Of a DNA stretch of 64,000 nucleotides, positions 52,330-64,000 are shown one piece after another. The translations under genes and the position numbers were made by a program. Each line of letters opens with the position of its first letter. Within the stretch, counting starts at the first letter, position 1. The notes beneath the pieces were generated by a model. The model was not told the origin of the DNA. It was given only the letters and a program-made list of their open reading frames with translations, and ran no database searches. The DNA comes from Octopus vulgaris (lineage: Eukaryota): assembly GCA_951406725.2 (NCBI GenBank), contig OX597823.1, positions 36,084,001 through 36,148,000 on the forward strand, read 5' to 3'.

Positions 52330-52974
52330 AGGAAGACTGTACAGTGCATGTGTATGAATAGCCATGCTACATGGGCTGTGACTGCTGAGGACATGCGTCT
52401 TCTTTTTACTCTGTGGAAGAGGTAAACCCATGAAGACCTGGGATGAAGTGGTGAAGCATGACCTTTGATAATTAGGCCTCACCAAGGCAATGACCAGTGA
52501 CCAAGACTTTTGGAAATATGCTGTGCTTGAGAAGACCCGGCAGGCAAAGTGAGACCAGGGGTCTAACCAGCCCACTCAAGCATATCTTCCCTTCATCAGA
52601 CACTGCTTGCGAAGACCTGTTGAGGCAAGTGAAATCGAAATCAAATCCGTGTTAGTGGAGTACTAAGAGCACCATCGGGGCGTGATCATTGCCAGAGCGG
52701 CTAACTGGCTTCTGTGCCAGTGTGCAGGTAGCACGTAAAAAAACGCTATTTTTTTGTGGCTGTTTCCAGTATTGCTTGAATGGCCCTCATTCCGTTGGCA
52801 TGTAAAAGCACCCACTACACTCTCGGAGTGGTTGTCGTTAGGAAGGGCATCCAGCTGTAGAAACTCTGCCAGATCAAGATTGGAGCTTGGTGCAGCCATC
52901 TGGTTCGACAGGCCTCAGTCAAATCGTCCAGCCCATGCTAGCATGGAAAGTGGGCGTTAAACGATGATGATGAG
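52330..52974 (+). mobile_element. RTE-clade LINE 3' end with 3' UTR and (ATG)n tail
   Basis: ORF end GRGKPMKTWDEVVKHDL runs into a UTR ending CCATGCTAGCATGGAAAGTGGGCGTTAAACGATGATGATGA. Confidence 0.8.
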
Positions 52975-53007
52975 ATATATAATGTATATATATATATATA
53001 TATATAT

Positions 53008-54575
53008 GGTTTCCTGGTCTCTTGTTCTAAAAGTTCTAAGAATCCATCCGGTCAGCTGCCAGCATTTCATTGCCAATTTAGCAACATGCACATGAAAGGT
53101 TGCATCATAACTCATGTAAATGCCCAGGTCTCACACTGACTGTGCCTCTGGGATTGCAATCCCTCCAGGTGCAGTGTATTTATTGGGCATTGCATTTAGT
53201 TTTGCATGCTGATATCACAAGGCTTGAAACCGTTCAGCATTAAACTGCATGCTATCCTTTTTAACAACCTGTATATTTCATCCAGCTCATGTTGCAGGTG
53301 CATAATGTCTTCAGGGTTCTGTATTACCTGTGATACTTTTGTATCATCTGCATAACTTATGGCTCTCTGTGTGACTGAGGGCATGTCTGAGAGGGCCATT
53401 ATGAACAGTAGTGGTCTCAAAACTGTGCCTTGTGGAACACCGCTCACTATTTGCGTGTCATTGGAGGCGGCCCCATTGGCTACTACCAGCTGACTTCTAT
53501 CCTTCAGAAAGTCATGAAGCCATTCTCCCAATCTTCCAACTACGCCAAGATCAGGCAGTTAGTGACATCTCATTCCATGATCGACTTTATCAAAGGCCTT
53601 TGCAAAGTCAAGGTATATCACTTCCACATTTGAGTGGTTGAGCAATTGTTTCAGCACCCAGTCATAAGTGTTGTAAGAGCTGAGTCAGACAGCTTCTTCC
53701 TGGTCAGAAACCATGTTGGGTGTCAGGCAGCAAGTCATTTTCTTCAAGGAAGGCGATTAGTTTTCTTCTGACTATTCGTTCCATGACCTTGCTAATGTGT
53801 GAGGTCAGAGAGATAGGTCTGCAGTTCTTGGCCTCCACTCTGCTACCTCCTATATGAATAGGGCATATTTTACCCTCCTTCAGTTTTCATGGTAGTTTGC
53901 CAGTTGCAAGGAAGCTCTGAAAGAGGGACTGCAGTGGTCTTGCTAGGACTCACTCACATACTTTTAGAAGGATTGCTGGGAATCCATGAGGGCCAGTAGC
54001 TGAGTTTGGGTTCATTTCATCTGTAGCCCTTATTACATCGTCTTCCTTTATATTGATATAATCAATCATCGTTGCCACTGTTTTTATATCTGCAGTGGTA
54101 AAGAAGTCAGTTGGATTGCTGACTTGAAAGTGCCCTAGGGATGGAGGGAAAATACTTTTAAATTGCTCATTTAGTATTTCACTTATCCTCATTGGATTTC
54201 CTGTGAGTGTACCATCTCTTTCGAGGTGTGGCCCTATCCTGTAGTGCACCAAAGCTGTTTCTTTGGCAAACTTGTAGAAAACTCTGGAGTTAGATTTTAT
54301 ATTGTCTATAGCCCAGGCTTCTTTGTCTGCTCTTTTTTTTTTTATGGGAGAGTTGCAGATTTTTTTCAATCTACAGCAGTTGTATTTGCAGGCGAGACTT
54401 TTCACTGCTTTCAATTTTTTGTTAAGGTAATTTGAAACTTTTGTACGCCGTCTCATAAGAATTTTCCTCCTCCTGAGGATTTTGTTCTTGTGTACAGTGG
54501 TCGTTCTCTCCGGGACACATTTGTAGCATATGGCTTGCATTACAGACATGAATTGAAGTTTCATGTCGATGTATA
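53008..54575 (-). mobile_element. CR1/L2-group LINE ORF2 fragment (reverse transcriptase)
   Basis: AIDNIKSNSRVFYKFA, SATGPHGFPAILLK, NCRPISLTSH, LDFAKAFDKVDH, SGVPQGTVLRPLLF, YADDTK. Frameshifted. Confidence 0.9.
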
Positions 54576-55323
54576 ATTTAATATAATATGTCAAGATCCT
54601 ATACTAATTTCTTGGTTTTTACTATCCTACCTACTAATGGTTAACCTTGGATTATTTGGGGATTTCTGGGTTTTTTTGTATACATTTATATATTTTGCCT
54701 ACTTTGTTGTTTATGTTATCGGTTATCCATTAGCCAACCATAACATAGCCTTTCAAAACAATAGATGACCAATTAGATTACGGGACTGACCATAACCCCC
54801 TTCCTCATTTCCTGCAGGGCTTCAGCAACTCGATAAACAAAAAGTAACGGAAAATAAAGTATCTTGATTGATACCTGGGAATCTATTAATTTTAGTACCG
54901 ATTAATATCACAAGTATTAATATAAACTCTAACCCACTTATTGTGAACCTTTATCTCAAGCCTCAAAAGAAAACATATAGCATGTTATATATATGTATGT
55001 GTGTGTGTTTGTTTGTATAATTATATGAAAAGAAAAATAAGCACTATTACAGTAATCCTCCCTTCTCAACACATGAAATGTTTGTGCATAAATATGTGTG
55101 TGTGTGTTCCTCATTTATATATCTTCACTCTTACAATACTACAATAACCTTAAGCTAGATTGATTATTTAAATTCCACTATTATTTTTCTTTTGATAATT
55201 TTCTCTTTCTTCTGTTTATACTTTATCTAATAAGAATAATATAATACAACTAATAATAGCAATAATTGATTCCGTTGTATGTATGTATTTATATTTATAA
55301 CTTAACCTTATGAACTTTCTAAA

Positions 55324-55444
55324 CTCTCTGATGAAGCCCAGAGGCACACCCAAGTACCTTAATTTTATCTACCAAATGCTTCAGTGCACTTAAGTGGAAG
55401 TAAAGTAGGGTACTATGGCCTCTTGGCTGAAACAGCTGTAAGAA
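55324..55444 (+). ncRNA. Type I hammerhead ribozyme motif with extended stem II
   Basis: ctct-CTGATGA(55328-55334)-AGCCCAGAGGC...GCCTCTTGGCT-GAAA(55429-55432)-CAGCTG-TA-aga. All core nucleotides present, A-U pair closes stem II, palindromic stem III, GUA cleavage triplet ending at 55440. Confidence 0.75.
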
Positions 55445-55768
55445 ACTATTCTATTTTTTATGTATAGGTAAAGCATATAACAATATACATAGATGTATAA
55501 GAGATTAGTTGTTTTTTTAAAAGATAAATAAGCATAATATCATGTCTAAAAGTTGATAAATACCACCTCCTGATCCCCTCCATTTTCTTCTTGCCATATA
55601 ATTTAAGGGCAAAACAACTTTTTACCCTCACTTGTGTATTACATTCAGTAGTGTAATTTCCATGCAATAAAAAACAAGTGTATTAATAATTGGGTATTCT
55701 ACCAGCAGTATATTGGGTAGACATTATCCCGTCGTTAGTTGGATTCACAACCTCTAACTCTCTTGGAG

Positions 55769-55889
55769 TATGTATATGTGTATGTATATATAAATTTATA
55801 TATATATATATATGTGTGTATACATATGTATATATACACATGTATATATTTGTGTGTGTATGTATGTATATATATATATACACACACAC
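55769..55889. repeat. (TA/TG/CA)n microsatellite
   Basis: Direct inspection. Confidence 0.9.
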
Positions 55890-56182
55890 AATGGCTCAGT
55901 GGTTAGGGCAGCGGACTCGCGGTCGTAGGATCGTGGTTTCGATTCCCAGACCGGGCGTTGTGAGTGTTTATTGAGCGAAAACACTTATAGCTCCACGAGG
56001 CTCCAGCAGGGGATGGTGGCGATCCCTGCTGTACTCTTTCGCCGCAACTTTCTCTCACTCTTTCTTCTGTTGGCCTGCTCGCTTTAGCCAGCAAGGTAGC
56101 GTCATTTGAAGGCTAAAACAATGCGAAGCGCATTGTGACCAGCAATGTGTAGCAACATCTGATAGCCTGGTTGGTCACGTGA
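55890..56182 (+). mobile_element. tRNA-derived SINE, second family, CpG-rich young copy
   Basis: TGGCTCAGTGG A box and TTCGATTCC B box followed by about 220 bp of non-tRNA body, embedded in a (TA/TG)n tract. Confidence 0.78.
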
Positions 56183-56700
56183 TATATATATGTATGTATG
56201 TATATATAATAATGAAACCAAAATAATATCAATATAAAAATTAAGCACAACATGATAACCAGAAAGAGTCCATTGAAATGCATCTCTACAATCATTTCGA
56301 AGGATGTTGCCTCACTTCATCAATGCAAAATCCATTGAGGAAATCAGGGGAAAACTTACAAAGGTTTCACATTTCTGGTTGTCAACCTATTCCAAAATGG
56401 TGTAGGGAGATAAGATACATTGAATGATAAAGTAATCAGACAAATTAAAATCAGAATTTAGTGGATTCAAGTGAGGATTTGTCCATTTCAAATATCAGTA
56501 ATTAAGAGAAAGCAAATTTTTTCTCATTGTTATTGATGAGCACTGTTGTTTATAATCTCCTCCCTCATGAGACTGATGCATTTTTTCACATTCTTCCTCT
56601 TGGATTTATTTTAATGCATCAATTGAAACTTACGTAGGTGATGTGGTGATATAAATGATATAAGTAACATCTTGAGCATTTGTGTCCATTTCCCATTCTC

Positions 56701-56902
56701 ATATATATATATATATGTATAGGTGTGTATATATATACGTTTCTATGTTTATATATATATATATATATGGAAATTTGTGTGTATTTATATATACATGTGT
56801 ATGTATATGTGTGGGGGTGTATATATATATGTTTCTATATGTAAATATATGTATATATATATATATTTATATGTATGTATGTGTGTGTATATTTATGTAT
56901 GT
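56701..56902. repeat. Degenerate (TA/TG)n microsatellite
   Basis: Direct inspection. Confidence 0.9.
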
Positions 56903-57474
56903 AGGCTTTGGACGAGTTGCAGCTTTAGTAGAAGACAGCCATGTATTTGGGAAGCAAGCTTCTTACTACATGATCACACCTGCACTTTGGTTGTCACAAG
57001 TGTTGTGTGTTACCCAGACTAATAATAAACTTTCTACCAATCCTCAAATTATTGTCTCCCTCTATACAACAATTCAAGTAACTTCATACATCAAGATGCT
57101 CATTAATGTTCATATTTGGTAAAACATAGAATCTTTAGATAAGACATTGAAACAATATCTAATGCAAAGTTTGGCCTGATACTAAACTTTAGCCTCTTGT
57201 TTTCCTATGGGATTTTTGGAATAAAGTCTTGCCTTTAGAACAGTGATTATAAAAGAACAAAAGAAATGTGCTTCATGAACACATATGCTGGCTAATTTCA
57301 AAAACATGTAGCTAATGTGGATCCTCACTCCCCATTGTTATTGTTCAATGACCACTTACTAAATATCTTGTAGTAAGTTACATTATATTATTGATAGAAA
57401 TATTTTGTTCTATGTCATTTTTTATACTTGTCAAACTTTCAATTTCCTAACTAATATGCAAACCTCTTTTGCAG

Positions 57475-57583
57475 ATTGGATCTTGGTGCATTACTTCAAA
57501 AAGCTCAAGACCCTGTAACAGAAGCTCAGTACATTGCTCAGTACAACCAGCAAGCAACAGAATCACTTAAAAATACTATAGGA
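57475..57583 (+). CDS. UBAP2: UBAP2 homologue, exon F (RLDLGALLQKAQ...LKNTIG)
   Basis: ctaactaat branch-like site, ctcttttgcag|A TTG GAT CTT GGT GCA...ATA GGA|gtacgt. Phase 2 to 0. RLDLGALLQK resembles the RIDLAVLLGK motif of UBAP2L. Confidence 0.88.
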
Positions 57584-58052
57584 GTACGTAATTATTTTTC
57601 ACATGAATAATTTGATATGATTATTTATATTTGCTAAAATCATATGAAAATAAGTTAGTCGTTTTATGAAAACAATTTAAATTTACGATTATCTTGGAAT
57701 TTAATTGAAACACTTAAGGGATGTATTTTTGTTAGAGATATAAAGAGGGTTATAGCTTAAAGCAGTTACAGATTTATACACCTACATGTGTGTTTGTAGA
57801 AGACAATCCTCCAAGTGTTGGTGCCATGAAAAAAAAGGCACCCAGTAGACACTAAGTGGTTCATTAATTGGGTTAACAGAGCATTTGAGAGGGTCCTTTA
57901 GTCCTATTGAAAGCAAGACCTCTTTTGAATTGGTGTCATGAAGAAAAAAGATATACAAAATACATCCATTTGTAGAGACCATGCTTGTCAAAATTAAAAC
58001 ATTTGAACAAGACATGGTCCTCTAATGTAAAATGATTATTTATGTATACTTA

Positions 58053-58282
58053 CGGGGTTGGCCAAAAGTCACCCGATAGTAAATCAAAATTTCATAAATA
58101 CTATCTGTAATTCTGTGTGGACTCAAATGGGAAAATGTGTTGTTCGAGAAGGACTTCAGTTTGAATAATTTTCATGTTTCATATTTAGATGCTTTTATTA
58201 AATTCATTCAGTTGTTAAACATAAATAAATCTTGAAATTAGATAGTTTTGATTTACTGTCAAGTGACTTTTGGCCAACCCTG
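58053..58282. mobile_element. Tc1/mariner MITE (230 bp)
   Basis: TA-CGGGGTTGGCCAAAAGTCAC...AGTAAATCAAAA and TTTTGATTTACT...GTGACTTTTGGCCAACCCTG-TA. Confidence 0.88.
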
Positions 58283-59179
58283 TATATCATGATTGTTTTA
58301 ATTTCCACTTTTCCATTTTTAAATGGGTTGGATGGAATTTGTTAAGGTGGATTTTCTTCAGCTGGATGCCTTTCTTGTTGCCAACCCTCATCTGTTTCCC
58401 AGCAAGGTAATATTTCCCCATGACCAAGCATGTTTTCACAGAAGACTGGAAGTGAGGCACATGATGTCAAGACAGGAAAACAGTAACACACTTCTTTCAA
58501 TTTCTGTCTACTATCTACCAAATCCACTCAAAGGCTTTCATGAGTCCCAGACTATACTGAGGACATGCCCACGGTTCCACATGGTGAAACTAAATTTGGA
58601 ACCATGTTGTTGGGAAGCAAACTTATTATGAAGCCCTATCTGCACTTGTGTGCATCTGACTAGGCCTGATGAAGCCTTCCGGCTTCACAGACCCCAGTTG
58701 AACCGTCCAACCCATGCTAGCATGGAAAACAGATGCTAAACGATGATGATGACGATGATATATATATATATATCAGAAATTTCAAGTTGGTTTCTGGCAT
58801 GCTGGAAGACCACCGGTATTGAGGTACCCCTCAGCTTTTGTTAAATCGTCTCTTTAGACAAAGGTCACTGTGATATAAAAACAGATATGCAGGTGATAGC
58901 ATTAGATATTTTGGGGAATCTTTTGTTTGCGCTTCAGATCATGATACTACCACATTCCTGAGGCTGCAACCCATATTGGCCCTAGATATCTTGTCTCTAG
59001 ATCATATCAATGTAGTGAAAAGGCTCTATGCAGTGTCATATAAGCTTTATTGGACCTAAAATTCTACGCAAGCATTGCTGCTCCAGTGAGAATCATTTAC
59101 TCAGCTATGATTTGACAGCCATCATATATGCATTTGTATTAGCTAGAAATAAATATGCTGTAAGGCCAAAACAATATTA

Positions 59180-59507
59180 AGTAATGTGCCAGTGGTACAT
59201 AAAAAGCGCTATCCGAATCGTGGCTGATGCCAGCGTCGCCTCGACTGGCTTCCGTGCCAGTGGCACGTAAAATGCACCAATCTGATCGTAGCTGTTGCCA
59301 GCCTCACCTGGCACCTGTGCAGGTGGCACGTAAAAAGCACCCACTACACTCACGGAGTGGTTGGCATTTGGAAGGGCATCCAGCTGTAGAAACACTGCCA
59401 GATCAGACTGGAGCCTGGTGCAGCCTTCTGGCTTCCCAGATCCCCGGTCAAACTGTCCAACCCATGCCAGCATGGAGAACGGACGTTAAATGATGATGAT
59501 GATGATG
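59180..59507 (+). mobile_element. RTE-type 3' UTR element
   Basis: Three gtgccagtggcacgtaaaa-like units, then ggaagggcatccagctgtagaaac and ccatgccagcatgg...(ATG)n. Confidence 0.78.
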
Positions 59508-60775
59508 AATATTATACCAAGTTTGAAAGACAACTATGGTCATGTTTGGTGTTAGTTTCGCCCAACAAAAACCTAAACTTCACTCTTTATCTACATAATG
59601 ATGATAGACTCACTCAGTATGCAACATTGCACATCTGGCAGTGTAGAAATATTCAGAAAATATAAAATTCTTTTAATTGCTATCCACATTAATATACAGG
59701 TGTTTCTATGTGTTGGGAACTTTGTGGCTTTCTGTAATATGAAGACTATTTTCATATTGACTCATTACATGGAAGTCAGTGAAAAAAAAAAAGATTTTTT
59801 AGGCTCACAAGGCTTCCATAGCAATAGGAATGCTTGTATGTGTGTAGTCAATCTAATGCTGTTATAAAACTAATCGATTCAACTCTAATGGTATTATATT
59901 ATTATTTTGTTAAGACAATTACTTGACATTATTAGGTATTCAACAGAGCAAGTTGGACTCAGATTTTATGCAATCAGTTTTATTTATGTTGATAAAACTT
60001 CCAATTCTTACCACAAATATTTGTGTGTGTGTGTGTGTGTGTACTCACAGTACACACTCTCTCCTGAGTTATCTCTACATCTTACTTTTATACCACTACC
60101 CACCCTTACACCTCAAGGATGCCTTCTAGTTTTTCTCTTGCTGCACCCACCCACCCACTGTTCCCCCACTCCACCTTCCTTCCTCTCCACTTCCTACCCA
60201 TCTGTGACACTCTAACTATTCAGTGTTCTTTTTCCTACTTTTGTGGTACCCTATAACGTCTTTTTTTTTTTTGCACCTCCTCCACCACCACCCCATAGCT
60301 CCTGCCTTTCCAACAACTCCATCTCATATTTACCTCTTTAATCTTTTCACACACCCACACATTTTTTCTTCATAGACTCTGAAGATTCCTCTCTACCCTC
60401 ATCTGCCTTCTATCCATATATGCTTCTTATGCTGAATAGCCCATCATTTTTTCAGTTGTATCCCTTTCTCTCTCCTATTCCTTGCTACATTCTCTTCTTC
60501 CCTTCTTGCCATTCACTCTGCTCTTTCCTCTGTTCTTCAGTTATAAATGCCACTTTCAGGCCTCAGCCTTGCAGGCGCTGGTCCCAGGAAAAGGCATCCA
60601 ATACAGTACAATCTTTTAATTCATTAGACCCTGTCAGACCATCTACCTCATTCCAGTATGGAATCCAGGTGTTAAATGATGATGATGATGATTACAAATA
60701 AGATGCTTCAAATTTTATGAAATGAATTGTTTTTAGAAGTTTTATTAGTAATAATATTATTTTTAACTTTTCCAG

Positions 60776-61030
60776 ATTGGAACATCAAGCAATCAGACGT
60801 CTGGTCTACCCTCCTCTATTGGTAACCAGTCTGTGAATTCTATGGTTTCTCTATCAGGTCAGCAGTCTTCTGGTAGTCATCTGGCTTCGTTGTCAGCTGC
60901 CAATGCAACTGGTCATCCAGCAACATCTCATTCAGTTTCAGGGAGTACAACTGTCACACAGTCAAACCAACATACAATACAACAACAGAGAGTTAAACCT
61001 CAACGGACTAAGCTACCACCACCATCTAAG
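60776..61030 (+). CDS. UBAP2: UBAP2 homologue, exon G (S/Q/T-rich, ends RTKLPPPSK)
   Basis: aacttttccag|ATT GGA ACA...CCA TCT AAG|gtttgt. 85 codons, phase 0 to 0. PPPSK is the start of the conserved SKIP-x2-AVEMPG (DUF3697) motif; the next exon was not found in the window. Confidence 0.9.
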
Positions 61031-61974
61031 GTTTGTCTTTATCAGAAGTCATCAATTATCTTCATTTTTCTTTTTTTTCTATGTTTCTTCCTTGCTGGCA
61101 TGGATTGAAGTGATCTGCAATATGACATATCACCATTCTTCTCAATTTTTTTCATATTTTCTGTTTGAAAACCAACAGCCTGAGAGTTACCCTCACTAGA
61201 ATGTGTGATACCATTAAATTCTAAAATATTTTGAAAGAAACAAATTTAAATCCATGAATAACTTTTTTGTTTATTACTACATGAAGCTTGTCTATACAAC
61301 ACAATTTTACAAAAACATTCTTAGAATTAATTAAGAACAGAACTTCTATTTCAAATTTACTGTAATTTCAGTCTAAGTGAATGAAGTGTAAAATTATCTA
61401 AATGTTTGAATATAAAATAATGCACTTTATAGGAGTTTGAGTTTCAGTGCATCTAACAACACAGAAGTACTGGAATTTATAAATGTTTGAAGAGCCCAAC
61501 AGAATAACACATACACCATATTGATGAAAGGATTTAATGGTATTGGCAAATGTGTGATTCCATTTACAGTAAATTTGAAAACTTCTGTTGAAATTAAATT
61601 ATACAAAAGCTGAACTAATATTTCTTTCGTGAAAGATGGGAAATACTCTACATACTGAGATCTTTTTAGAATGCACATTGGAAACCCATTTCAGTTGACA
61701 GTCCACTGGGCACCAACCTTACCTGAGGTTTGCATAATTGGCTCGCTGTCTTTTCTGCAAGAGCTCAGCCAAATTTAGAGGAATATCCCACTAACAAGCT
61801 TTTACTTTCCTCCCAAGAGTAGCCATCCTTTATTTGTGTTACATCTGTTCAGAACTGCAAATGGTCACATTGTTTCTTGCAGTTTGGTGTGTAGTAAAAA
61901 AAAAATTGATAATAGTCTTAGTTATTACATATCGAATCATATATCCCTATCATTTATTAGCTAATCTATCAACT

Positions 61975-62023
<49 letters not shown>

Positions 62024-62959
62024 ATTTAACATCTACTTCTCCATATTTGCCTGGCTCATGTGGAATTTATTGAGATAGACTTTATGTGACTGGATTGTTA
62101 CCAATACTTGTTTTCCTGCAAAGTAATATTTTCTGTGACCAGACGGTTTTTTCACAGAGGACTAGAAACACATGAGTGGTGGTCATTTTACAAGCATTAC
62201 ATGATATTCAGGATAAGAATACATACACACTCTCATTTACAACAGGCTTCTTAGTTTCAATCTACCAAATCCACTGACAAGGCTTTGGTCAGCCCAGATC
62301 TATAGTAGAAGACACCCAAGACCACAGGTTTGGGAAGCAAGCTTTTTAACTACACAGCCATGCCTACACTGACACATGTAAATAGAAAATTAATTTGCTT
62401 CATGTCTTAGTATGCAGTTGCTAACAGACTTCGTCTTCTGTCATTGAACTATTTCACCATTCTTCATTTTTGCTTTAATGTAAGCTACAACTTCCGAATC
62501 TTCACTAAGTTCATTTGACTGGAACATCAGTTGATAAATATTCAATTTTGAACTGTCAAGATGGCTGGGGTTTATGGGATTTGAAGGAGTTACTCTTCTA
62601 GTTTTGTAAAATGTTGGAATTAAGCTAACAGAGCTATAATATGGGGGGAGGGGTATTTATTGGTATGTACAGACCTTGAGTTCAACATGAGTGATCAGGT
62701 CCCAATTCATTATGGCTCCTCTGATAGCCAACAATGCAGATTGAGTTGAAAAATTAGTTACCATTATTTAGTGTAATATTAGATTTCAGAGCAACTTTTG
62801 AGATTTTTATGTTTCCTTTCCATCATTTAATTATACACGTCTTCCTACATGTAATTATTCAATAATAAGGCAGTATCATCATCTAGTCTTTTAAATCTGG
62901 AGTTTTGTTCCCGTTAAGAGGGGTGACCAGATCTACATCAATGCCATAACAACTACCCT

Positions 62960-63570
62960 CACACCATCTTACCTTGGTTTTGGGTATCCTCCTTTTTCAA
63001 ACCAAACCTCTCAATCTTCCATCTGTCCCCTCCACATTTTCCTCGGTCTGCCTCGCTTTTGCGCTCCATTTACCTCAAGCACAATCACCCACCTCACTCC
63101 ATTCACTCTTGCCAACCATTCCACCAATTCCTCCAACCCCAGCATTCCCATCAAATCCTCAGTCCTCCTCTTATCAAACAGCCTCACCCTACACATTTCT
63201 CTCACCATTGCTCTCTCGGTCCTTCTCAAATTTACCATCTCTCTCTCTCTCTCCCTCAGAAACCATGTCTACAATACAGCATTGCAGCTCTCATACAACT
63301 CTTGTAGACCCTTCCTTTCATCTTTAATGAGAACCTTTTCCAATATAACAGCACTCCACATTCCCTGAAGTTCATCCAGATAAATCTCGCTCTTGCCATC
63401 ACAGCTGCTTCACATCCACCACTTACATCAACCTTATCTCCCAAATAATAAAACTCTCTCACCATTTCCACTGGTTCTGCCAGCTCTCCAGCTCCTTTCT
63501 CACATTTTCCACAAACAAACTCTCTCGCCAGTTTTGGGGTCACCGTCTTCATTTTCGTACATCTACCATG
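62960..63570 (-). mobile_element. RTE LINE ORF fragment
   Basis: EMVREFYYLGDKVDVSGGCEAAVMAR...SLKMKGRVYKSCMRAAMLY and LRRTERAMVREMCRV...RGRPRKMW. Confidence 0.85.
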
Positions 63571-63709
63571 GTTATATATAATCTCACATGTACTAAAAAT
63601 CCAGGCATTTTAGAGAATGGTATTAGTAGTAAGGTCTAATGAGAATAGTTGTATTGATTTCTAAATACATAGTTGATGTGTAAAGCTTATTTGGGAGATT
63701 ACACACTTA

Positions 63710-64000
63710 TCATCATTATTTAGCATCAGTTTTCCATGTTAGCATGGGTAAGGCATTTTGACTGGGGCTGCACCAGCCTCCAGTCTTTTTTTGGCTTGGT
63801 TTCTATGGTTGGATGCCCTTCTTAATGCCAACCACTCCACAGAGTGCACTGAGTACCTTTTACATGTCACTAGCACTGGCCACAACTTTGATTTCTCTTA
63901 GCTTGTTATGTCTTCTCACACACACCGCAGATCACCAAAGATCTTGCTCACTTGTCATCGCTAGTGTGAGACTCAGCATCCAAAGATCATACTTCACTCC
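63710..64000 (-). mobile_element. RTE LINE 3' end, cut by the window edge
   Basis: (CAT)n, ccatgttagcatgg, ggatgcccttcttaatgccaaccact, then the ORF-end region seen in the other copies. Confidence 0.7.

Noticed and set aside
55890-55962. Possible tRNA gene
   Set aside because: A and B boxes are present but acceptor and T stems do not pair well, and it continues into a SINE body without a terminator.
56682-57122. 146-aa ORF and similar YI/CV-rich ORFs (18955-19264, 55683-55984)
   Set aside because: Translations of (TA/TG)n microsatellites.
58666-58690. CTGATGA-AGCC-ttcc-GGCT hammerhead-like start
   Set aside because: Followed by TCAC, not GAAA; it is a variant of the repeat sequence cctggtgcagccttctggctt seen at 59414.

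Overview
AT-rich, repeat-dense eukaryotic DNA. The repeat landscape (tRNA-head SINEs, RTE-LINE 3' ends with (ATG)n tails, (TA)n/(TG)n microsatellites) looks like a coleoid cephalopod, probably Octopus; this is an inference. The window lies inside one + strand gene, a UBAP2/UBAP2L (Drosophila lingerer) homologue. Seven GT-AG exons (1106-1424, 7799-7826, 8510-8598, 9788-9843, 35188-35309, 57475-57583, 60776-61030) splice in phase into a stop-free 326-codon internal segment; start and stop lie outside the window. The introns (up to 25 kb) hold decayed piggyBac, Tc1, mariner, CR1, RTE and Penelope elements, MITEs and SINEs. Main items for a second look: (1) two type I hammerhead ribozyme motifs with very long stem II and palindromic minimal stem III, one with an intact core on the pre-mRNA sense strand, plus two relics; (2) an 801-bp mini-piggyBac nested in another piggyBac, keeping an intact 71-aa ORF that fuses the acidic N-terminus to the Cys-rich domain; (3) frame-preserving candidate cassette exons in transposon-free intron islands, one bracketed by dense YCAY clusters; (4) long fold-back elements that would form dsRNA in the pre-mRNA. 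TE boundaries were read by eye and are approximate where no TSD is quoted.
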